NCBI GenBank assembly: GCA_964514375.1
Contig: CAZEQH010000002.1
Coordinates: 3,742-67,741 of the forward strand
Reading direction: 5' to 3'
Length of the DNA stretch: 64,000 bases
Source: an uncultured Candidatus Saccharibacteria bacterium
Lineage (GTDB): Bacteria; Patescibacteriota; Minisyncoccia; Minisyncoccales; JANBVM01
Made by a program: the position numbers and the translations under genes. Of the stretch, positions 57,339 through 64,000 are shown piece by piece (the first letter of the stretch is position 1; the number at the start of each line of letters is the position of its first letter). The notes under the pieces are model-generated. The model had not been told where the DNA came from and made no database searches. It was given only the letters and a program-made list of their open reading frames with translations.

Positions 57339-57947
57339 TTACCACGTAATAAGGAATTCGTGATATTCGTCTTTTTTATGGCTGCATTTGACTTCCTTGC
57401 ATTTCAGATTTTCCACTTTCAGTACCATCTTAGCTATGGAGGCAAAATATCCTTCCATACATCTGCAAAAGATTGGGTGAAGATTGAAATTTTTTATCTT
57501 CATGATTATGTATTTTTTCTCTTCGTTGTATTCTGAGAACTCCAATTCTCCCTCGGTCCAATATGTCCTCCACATTTGCTGAGCTTTTTTCATCACCTCA
57601 GGCAGAGAATATATGTACTTCGAAAAAAGTCTCACTACCAAGGATATCCTAGGATGAAAGTAGCAAACGTTCCTGATTTCTTCGTCGCCGGAATTCAGAA
57701 CTTTCTTGATGGCCAATAATGATACCGCTCTCATACCGCCCGGTATGAAACCCATTTCTTTTATGTTTTTGTATTTCATTGGATACCCCAACCTTTCCCA
57801 CTCCTGTTCGATTTGTTCTAAAACTTCCTTACCCTTAGTTCTTATGATATATTCCCCGTCATGTTTGACATTAAAACCCCTTGTTTCAAAAGAGGAATTT
57901 TCTATTAATGCTTTCGCGATTTTTGGGTTAATTGTTTCTTCTCCCAT
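57339..57947 (-). CDS. stand-alone H-NOX/V4R-like protein, paralog 6
   Basis: Start MGEETINPK; ETRG..K, HPIFC..GY, CKEVKC...HEF..W. Confidence 0.72.
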   Translation of the reverse strand: MGEETINPKIAKALIENSSFETRGFNVKHDGEYIIRTKGKEVLEQIEQEWERLGYPMKYKNIKEMGFIPGGMRAVSLLAIKKVLNSGDEEIRNVCYFHPRISLVVRLFSKYIYSLPEVMKKAQQMWRTYWTEGELEFSEYNEEKKYIIMKIKNFNLHPIFCRCMEGYFASIAKMVLKVENLKCKEVKCSHKKDEYHEFLITW

Positions 57948-57955
57948 AATTTTAT

Positions 57956-58558
57956 TTACCAGGTTAACACGAATTCGTGGTATTCGTCCCCCTTGAATAC
58001 GCATTTTGTTTCCCGGCAAACTACCGGCTCGCCGGTAATCATTTGGAGTACGCTGGCAAAATATCCTATCAGGTTCTGACACTGTAAAGGATGGAGTTTG
58101 AAGTTTTTAAGATGGACAATTGCTTCCTTTTTTCCCGGTTCAAACTTGGCAATTTCTAAATCTCCTATGGTATAACTTTCTCTCCAGATTTTTGGGGCTT
58201 CCTTGGCTACTCTCTCTGGGGAGAAAAAATATTTCATGAACATTCTTATCAGGAAAGATACCTTGGGTTCGAATCTTCCCATCTCCTGGAATTTTTTATC
58301 ATCATAATGGAACAGTCTTTTTGAACCCGACAGCACCAGAGCCTCCAGCCATACGGGATAAAAATCCATGGTCTTTATTTCTTTTAATTTTACAGGATAG
58401 CCGATATCGTTTATCTGTCTCTCAAGTTCTTTGATTCCTTCCTCTCCTTCTTCCTTAAGGATAAAATCAACCTCTCCCTTGATGGCGATTCCTCTGGCTT
58501 CACCGGAAATATTCTTTAGTCTTTCAAATTCTTCTTTGGAAAAGATTTGCTCTTCCAT
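57956..58558 (-). CDS. stand-alone H-NOX/V4R-like protein, paralog 7 (start may be 58570 or 58573)
   Basis: GEARG, MDFYP, HPLQC..GY, CRETKC..GDEYHEF..W. Confidence 0.75.
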   Translation of the reverse strand: MEEQIFSKEEFERLKNISGEARGIAIKGEVDFILKEEGEEGIKELERQINDIGYPVKLKEIKTMDFYPVWLEALVLSGSKRLFHYDDKKFQEMGRFEPKVSFLIRMFMKYFFSPERVAKEAPKIWRESYTIGDLEIAKFEPGKKEAIVHLKNFKLHPLQCQNLIGYFASVLQMITGEPVVCRETKCVFKGDEYHEFVLTW

Positions 58559-58569
58559 ATTTTTATTCA

Positions 58570-59178
58570 TCATTTTTTCCAGTTTACCACGAATTCATGA
58601 TATGAGTCTCCTCGCGACATGCATTTCCTCTCTTCCGAAACAACATCTTTATTGAGAACCATCTTAATAATGCTTATCAGATAGCCTTCTACAGTCAGGC
58701 AGTGGATAGGGTGTAGTTCGAAATCTTCTATCCTGACAACTATGTAGCGTTCCTGCTTATTGATTTCCGTGACACTCAAATGCCCTCTGGTATAATACTT
58801 TCCCCAGAATTTAGGCGCCTCTTTGGCAATAGTCTCCATGGAAACGAAATATTTCATAAACAATCTGACTATCAGTGAAACCTTGGAATTGAACTCTCCC
58901 ATCTTAATGAAATCATCCCTTTTAAAGTGAAACAATTCTTCCATTAAAAGAAAGGTGATGGCCTCCAGCCCCACCGGATAAAAATCCATTTCCTTAAACT
59001 CCTCGTATTTTATGGGAAATCCCAATTCCGAAGCTCTCTCTTCTAATTTTAACAAACCTTCCTTTCCCTCTCTATGGATTATATATTCCAAATCTCCCTT
59101 AATGGAAATTCCTCGTGTTTCACCAGGAATATTCATGAACTCTTCTGCTTTTTCCTTTGTAATTTTTTCAGGTTCCAT
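58570..59178 (-). CDS. stand-alone H-NOX/V4R-like protein, paralog 8
   Basis: GETRG, MDFYP, HPIHC..GY, EERKC..GDSYHEF..W. Confidence 0.75.
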   Translation of the reverse strand: MEPEKITKEKAEEFMNIPGETRGISIKGDLEYIIHREGKEGLLKLEERASELGFPIKYEEFKEMDFYPVGLEAITFLLMEELFHFKRDDFIKMGEFNSKVSLIVRLFMKYFVSMETIAKEAPKFWGKYYTRGHLSVTEINKQERYIVVRIEDFELHPIHCLTVEGYLISIIKMVLNKDVVSEERKCMSRGDSYHEFVVNWKK

Positions 59179-59227
59179 CTTTTAACGTATTAAAAAAGAT
59201 TTTGTAACAAAAAAGTTGCCGTAAAGT

Positions 59228-60025
59228 CTAAGAATTAAGGAATTCTAATTGGAATTGCTTCGTTTCTATTCCGGAAAATTTATCCTTTTGAGGATAGTTA
59301 CTGATTTGAGAAAGCCAGTGGCGGTTGGAGAATTCCCACAGCTTTTTAGCCGTCAGGAAAGCTTCAACATACAGTTCCCTTTTCCCTGTCTCATAAAGTT
59401 CACATACTCCTTGGGGCTTTTCCCACTTGTGTCGGCAGCTTTTTTTGTTTTTGCTTATTTTCATTTCTCCGGATTTCACTCTTTTCTCGGCTCCGCATAA
59501 TTTGCAGGATTGAAATTGATCTATCTTCAGTATCCAATAGGTTTTGGCTTTCTTTTTGGCACTTTCATTATAGGCGTTGAAATAAGCTGCTGTCTGTATA
59601 AAATAATCGTCCCATATTTGTCTGCTGGTTTTTAGGTCTAATATCCCCATCTTCCCGTCTACCTCAGCCAAAACATCAAGGGTTCCGCTGTAAGAATGGT
59701 CTTTGCTGAACACTCTTTTTTCTATGCCGTGCAACCTTATCCTGTGAGCCCTGAACCAATTCAGGAAAGCATCGACGGATGGCTTTACATCCGCGGAAGT
59801 TTTCGGAATCCTTCCCATTAATATTGTCTCAATGATATCGTGAACGTCTTTGCCCCACTCCGTAAGTCTTTTTCTTTTCCTCTGCATGGAAGCGAAACTT
59901 TCCTGGTTAGCCAGCCATCTTTCCAGGCCTGGTTTTGCGATTACTTTGCAAATCGAAGTAACCCTGGGATACCATAAACCTTCTACTTCGTAACCGTTTC
60001 TCTTCTTAAAATAATTGGCCGACAT
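59228..60025 (-). CDS. PD-(D/E)XK nuclease (phage-exonuclease/Cas4-like superfamily)
   Basis: YPRVTSI, G..VH, E, YSGT.D, ILDLKTS, Q.AAY. Confidence 0.8.
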   Translation of the reverse strand: MSANYFKKRNGYEVEGLWYPRVTSICKVIAKPGLERWLANQESFASMQRKRKRLTEWGKDVHDIIETILMGRIPKTSADVKPSVDAFLNWFRAHRIRLHGIEKRVFSKDHSYSGTLDVLAEVDGKMGILDLKTSRQIWDDYFIQTAAYFNAYNESAKKKAKTYWILKIDQFQSCKLCGAEKRVKSGEMKISKNKKSCRHKWEKPQGVCELYETGKRELYVEAFLTAKKLWEFSNRHWLSQISNYPQKDKFSGIETKQFQLEFLNS

Positions 60026-60063
60026 ACTGTTATTTTAGCAGAAAATTACCTCTTTGGCGACCC

Positions 60064-61074
60064 TTAATTCTCCACTTTTCCCTTAGCCGCCAGCTGGCCG
60101 CAGGCAGCATCAATGTCCTGGCCGAATCGGAACCTTTCAGTTACCGCTACTCCCTTGTGTTTTAGTATTTCTTTGAACTTCCTTATCTTGGAGGCCGGAG
60201 AGGCTTTAATATCGGGCACAACCGGGTTATATGAAATGAGATTTACAAAATAAAGGGGTTTCTTCATCAGCAAGGTTAATTTCTCAGCACAGTCTTCAGA
60301 ATCATTGAAATCTTTTATCATAATATATTCAAACATAACCCGCCTCTTCGTTTTCTCTATATAAAAATTCACCGCCTCCAATACATTGGAAATGGAGTAT
60401 TTTTTATTAACGGGCACGAGTTGAGTGCGCAGTTCATCTGTGGGGGCATGGAATGATATGGCAAGATTCACCTCCAAAGGGTCTGAGGCCAGTTTCCTGA
60501 TGCCTTCCGTGATGCCGACCGTGGAAATGGAAAATCTTCTCGCTCCCATATTCAAGCCTTCTTCCTCGTGCATAGTCTTCACGGCTTCCATGACGTTTTC
60601 ATAGTTTAGGAAGGGTTCTCCCATTCCCATAAAGACTACGTTGGTTACACTCTGATTGAATTCTTTCAGATATCGTGAAAAAAGCACTACCTGTTCTACT
60701 ATTTCATAAGATGCAAGATTTCTTTTGAAATTCATGCGTCCCGTGGCACAGAACAGGCATCCCAAAGGGCATCCTACCTGAGAGGAAACACAGACCGTAT
60801 TCCGGCCGTCTTTATGTCTCATTAAAACCGATTCTATTTTGAGGCCGTCTTCCAGAGTGATAAGCGCCTTGGCAGTATCCTCTTTCTTAGATTTAAAAAG
60901 GCGATATTTAATATCAAGCGGGCATTGTTCATTTAGTTTTTCCCTCAAAGAAAAAGGGAGGGTGGTGGCATCCTTCCAGTCGCTTATCAAATCATGGAAT
61001 ATCGCTTTTTTTATCTGTTTTAGGCGATATTCAGGTTCTTTTTTTAATATTTTCTCAAGGTTGGCTAAGTTCAC
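60064..61074 (-). CDS. rlmN: 23S rRNA/tRNA C2-methyltransferase, radical SAM
   Basis: CVSSQVGC...C.FC.TG, MGMGEP, DIDAACGQL. Confidence 0.95.
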   Translation of the reverse strand: MNLANLEKILKKEPEYRLKQIKKAIFHDLISDWKDATTLPFSLREKLNEQCPLDIKYRLFKSKKEDTAKALITLEDGLKIESVLMRHKDGRNTVCVSSQVGCPLGCLFCATGRMNFKRNLASYEIVEQVVLFSRYLKEFNQSVTNVVFMGMGEPFLNYENVMEAVKTMHEEEGLNMGARRFSISTVGITEGIRKLASDPLEVNLAISFHAPTDELRTQLVPVNKKYSISNVLEAVNFYIEKTKRRVMFEYIMIKDFNDSEDCAEKLTLLMKKPLYFVNLISYNPVVPDIKASPASKIRKFKEILKHKGVAVTERFRFGQDIDAACGQLAAKGKVEN

Positions 61075-61086
61075 GTATCTTTCTTT

Positions 61087-61308
61087 CTATTTGATAATTT
61101 CAAAGATTTTATTTGGTTTCTTCGAACCGCGCACCAGGCGTACCTTTGAAGGCAGAATCCCCAGATAAGAAGCAAGAAGTTTTACAACTGCCCTGTTCGC
61201 TTCGCCCCGCACTGCCTTTTCCCTAACTTCTATCCTGTAGCTTTCTTCCGTTTTCCTCGTTACGCTTTCTTTATTTGAATCGGGGAAAACCTTAACCTTT
61301 ATAAGCAT
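61087..61308 (-). CDS. DUF167/YggU family protein
   Basis: IKVKV.P.S, GEAN.A...LA......V.LV.G.....K. Confidence 0.85.
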   Translation of the reverse strand: MLIKVKVFPDSNKESVTRKTEESYRIEVREKAVRGEANRAVVKLLASYLGILPSKVRLVRGSKKPNKIFEIIK

Positions 61309-61309
61309 A

Positions 61310-61630
61310 TCAGCGGATAGGAGTGCCTGCGGCCACTTCTTTGTCCGGCTGCAGCAGTACGGGTTTACCGTCTGCATTGGCAGCCAAAAGCATGCCGCGG
61401 CTTTCCAAACCAAAAATGGTTCTCGGCTCCAGATTAGCCGCTACCACAATACTTTTACCTATCAGGTTCTCCGGCTCATAGTACTGAGCTATGCCTGCCA
61501 CAAGCTGCCTTTTCTCATCCCCCACATCTATATCCAATTTCAGCAGCTTATCGGAGCCATCTATTCTTTCTGCTTTAATAACCTTGGCTGTTCTCAGCTC
61601 TAATTTTTGGAAATCTTCAAACTTTATCAT
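61310..61630 (-). CDS. tRNA-binding protein (MetRS C-terminal/Trbp111/CsaA-like)
   Basis: FEDF.K..LR, DKLLKL.D.G..RQ.VAGI, NL.P....G.ES.GMLL. Confidence 0.9.
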   Translation of the reverse strand: MIKFEDFQKLELRTAKVIKAERIDGSDKLLKLDIDVGDEKRQLVAGIAQYYEPENLIGKSIVVAANLEPRTIFGLESRGMLLAANADGKPVLLQPDKEVAAGTPIR

Positions 61631-61634
61631 GTCT

Positions 61635-62141
61635 CTACAAAGATTTTAATTTTTTAATTATTAATTTAAACCAATAAGCATATTTATCGGGATTATCCTC
61701 CACATCCTTTTCCAGTTCCTGCAGATCCACCCATTTCCACGACTCTACTTCCTCGGGATTGGGAGAAGGCGTGCCGTCGAATTTTCCGACAAATACATGG
61801 TCAAATTCGTTTTCAATCATATTTCCCACCTGCGTCTTATAGATAAAAGTAAATGCTTCTTTCAATTCACAGGCAATTCCCATTTCTTCCTTAAGCCTCC
61901 GCTTGGCTTCTGCAACAATATCGCAGTTGGGTCTGGGATGGGAACAGCAGGTATTAGACCATAGGCCGGGAGAATGATACTTTTCCTTTGCTCTTTTCTG
62001 CAGCAGTACCTGGCCCTTGTGATTGGAAATCAGAACGGAAAAGGAGCGGTGCAGCTTACCTTCCTTATGCACCTGCATCTTTCCTCCCACCCCTATTTGA
62101 TGATTCTGCTCGTCAACAATGATTATTTCCTTTTTTTCCAT
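61635..62141 (-). CDS. idi: type 1 isopentenyl-diphosphate isomerase
   Basis: LHRSFS, LLQKRA..KY, WSNTCCSHP, RRL.EEMG, ENE.DHV. Confidence 0.93.
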   Translation of the reverse strand: MEKKEIIIVDEQNHQIGVGGKMQVHKEGKLHRSFSVLISNHKGQVLLQKRAKEKYHSPGLWSNTCCSHPRPNCDIVAEAKRRLKEEMGIACELKEAFTFIYKTQVGNMIENEFDHVFVGKFDGTPSPNPEEVESWKWVDLQELEKDVEDNPDKYAYWFKLIIKKLKSL

Positions 62142-62152
62142 AATCCGCTCTT

Positions 62153-62761
62153 CTACCAGCTTATTATAAATTCATGACGGCTGTCTCCTTTGTGTATGCA
62201 TTTGGTTTCCCGGCATGAGGTTTCAGTGCCTACCACCATCCTCACCACGCTGGCAAAATAACCTTCCAGGCTGATGCAGTGATCCGGATGTGCTTTGAAG
62301 TCTTCCAATACCATAACGCCTTTTCTGGCTTCCTGATTAATTTCCTGTACTTTGAGATTACCTGCTGTATAATTCTTCTTCCACATAGCGGAAACCTGCT
62401 TGGCGGCTGTTTCCAGGGAAATAAAGTACTGCATAAACACGCGCACCAGCAGGGAAGTTTTGGCCTCAAAAGCCCCCATTTCCCTTATCTTATCGTCATC
62501 GAAATCAAATATCCTGCGAGCCGCTACAATGGTAGCTGTTTCCAGGCCTAAGGGATAAAAGTCCATTTCCCTGATGTCTTTATAGCTGATGGGATGGCCT
62601 GCCTCGGCCATAACTCTTTCCAGTTTTTCCACTCCTTCTACGCCTTTTTCCTTGATGATGAAATTAGCATGGCTTTTAATCGCAATACCCCTGCTCTCCC
62701 CCGGAATCTTCATTATTTCAGTGATTTCATTTTTTAGTTCATCTAAAGTGTTTTGCTGCAT
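62153..62761 (-). CDS. stand-alone H-NOX/V4R-like protein, paralog 9
   Basis: GESRG, MDFYP, HPDHC..GY, CRETKC..GDSRHEF..W. Confidence 0.75.
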   Translation of the reverse strand: MQQNTLDELKNEITEIMKIPGESRGIAIKSHANFIIKEKGVEGVEKLERVMAEAGHPISYKDIREMDFYPLGLETATIVAARRIFDFDDDKIREMGAFEAKTSLLVRVFMQYFISLETAAKQVSAMWKKNYTAGNLKVQEINQEARKGVMVLEDFKAHPDHCISLEGYFASVVRMVVGTETSCRETKCIHKGDSRHEFIISW

Positions 62762-62765
62762 GCTT

Positions 62766-63371
62766 TTAAGATATTTTTGCTTTGATTAAACAAATAATAC
62801 CATTTAGGTTCTCCGACAACTCTATACTTAATCTATGTTTTTCCATGATAGTTGGCAACCCTCCTCCCTTCAGGTACTGTTTAAAACATTCGTAATTTTG
62901 TCTGCCGGCCAAATACTCTACGGTAGTAAGTATAACCGATAACAGATTTTTAGGCAGAGGAGATATAAAATCAATGAAAATCAATATCCCTTCTTTTTTT
63001 GTTACCCTTTTCATCTCGGCTACCGCCTTGTATCTTTCCTCCCGTTCCATTTCGTGAAGCCCCAGAGAAACGGAAGCAATGTCAAAGAAATTATCAGGAA
63101 AAGGAATATTGGCGGCGTCTGCCTTCACGAAAGAAACGTTTTTAATACTTTCTTTTTCGCCTCTAGTTTCGGCGGTTTCAATCATCTCCATTCTCTTGTC
63201 TATACCCACTGCCTCAGCTCCTGTTTTTCCGTAATAGAAAACTTGGTCTCCCGTTCCGCAGCATACGTCCAGTACTTTTTTCCCCGGACCTGCCCCGGAA
63301 ACCTGAATTACTTCTCTTCTGACGTTCTTCAATAGCGGGTCTACGATGTTCGAATAGATGAGGAAGGGCAT
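62766..63371 (-). CDS. class I SAM-dependent methyltransferase (UbiE-like)
   Basis: VLDVCCGTG, DA..IPF.D..FD, EMKRV.K..G. Confidence 0.88.
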   Translation of the reverse strand: MPFLIYSNIVDPLLKNVRREVIQVSGAGPGKKVLDVCCGTGDQVFYYGKTGAEAVGIDKRMEMIETAETRGEKESIKNVSFVKADAANIPFPDNFFDIASVSLGLHEMEREERYKAVAEMKRVTKKEGILIFIDFISPLPKNLLSVILTTVEYLAGRQNYECFKQYLKGGGLPTIMEKHRLSIELSENLNGIICLIKAKIS

Positions 63372-63376
63372 ATTGC

Positions 63377-63991
63377 TTATCTGCCTTGCTTTTCGTTAAT
63401 CACTATCAGGGCGTGAAAATCCTGATACAGCTTATAACTTCTCGGCAGGTTAGATTCAAATAGGTTTTGTAAAGACAAGTAGGAAAGATTATCAGTAAGA
63501 TTAAGTTTCTTTGCCAATCTTCGCGTGTAAGCGTCTATCACGAAAACAGGTTTGTCCAGGGCATAAAGTATAATACTGTCTGCTGTTTCCCTTCCCAACC
63601 CTTTCAAAGCAGTCAATTCCTTTTTAAGTTCAACCAGCGGTTTTTTCCCAAGTTTTCTTAAACCGCCGCATTCTTCATCGATGAATTTCGCCGTCCTTTT
63701 CAGGTAATCCGTTTTCTGATTATAAAACCCTGATGGCTTTACTAAACGCGACAGTCTGAGTTTATTAATGCCGTTTATCTTAGACAAGGAGCACAGCTTT
63801 TCCTTTTTCAGATTGGCCAAGGCATATTCTACGTTCTTCCAGTTCGTATTCTGCGTGAGTATAGCCCCTACCACCACTTCTTCCCTTTCTGTGAGGGTTT
63901 TGGGCCTTTTACACCACAACTTCCACTGCCCTTCGGGCCTGCCGTATTTTTTTCTCAAATCTTTATAGAGAGCAGATATGCTGTTATCCAT
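63377..63991 (-). CDS. HhH-GPD endonuclease III-related protein
   Basis: GAILTQNT.WKNV, KPSGFY.QK, KG.G.ETADSI.LYA, VIDAYT.R, FHALIV. Confidence 0.88.
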   Translation of the reverse strand: MDNSISALYKDLRKKYGRPEGQWKLWCKRPKTLTEREEVVVGAILTQNTNWKNVEYALANLKKEKLCSLSKINGINKLRLSRLVKPSGFYNQKTDYLKRTAKFIDEECGGLRKLGKKPLVELKKELTALKGLGRETADSIILYALDKPVFVIDAYTRRLAKKLNLTDNLSYLSLQNLFESNLPRSYKLYQDFHALIVINEKQGR

Positions 63992-64000
63992 CTTTATTCC

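Noticed and set aside
57948-58082. 45-aa N-terminal extension of paralog 6
   Set aside because: It overlaps paralog 7; the family alignment supports a start at 57947
5329-62761. V4R-like copies as insertion sequences or diversity-generating retroelement targets
   Set aside because: No transposase, reverse transcriptase, terminal repeats or near-identical DNA repeats were seen; the copies are diverged throughout

Overview
This looks like chromosomal DNA from a small-genome Patescibacteria/CPR (Parcubacteria-like) bacterium. That assignment is an inference from gene content, compact spacing and many genes lacking a Shine-Dalgarno or having very short leaders. Most genes are housekeeping: efp, greA, xseAB, dnaX, cysS, dnaB, recR, rplU, rmuC, mraZ-rsmH-ftsL-ftsI, prmC, rlmN, nucleotide salvage, a MacAB-type exporter, tRNA-Gln(TTG), tRNA-Glu(CTC) and a probable 6S RNA. 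Five unusual elements stand out. (1) An archaeal-type TFB/TFIIB homolog with a degenerate Zn ribbon and B-reader sits between cysK and cysS behind a bacterial sigma70-like promoter. (2) Nine dispersed paralogs of a stand-alone ~200-aa H-NOX/V4R-like sensor protein are present, one of which has lost all four putative metal ligands. (3) An unannotated poly-Cys leader peptide with a terminator/antiterminator pair precedes cysK. (4) A second leader-peptide/terminator/antiterminator arrangement, with a hydrophobic 33-aa peptide, precedes two Cys-rich micro-ORFs. (5) A tRNA-adjacent island encodes membrane-anchored surface proteins with GGTGA-type ribosome-binding sites. Together these suggest a toolkit for interacting with an archaeal host, which remains a hypothesis. 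No CRISPR array, rRNA, integrase or transposase was seen. All family calls come from motif recognition by eye, not from database searches.
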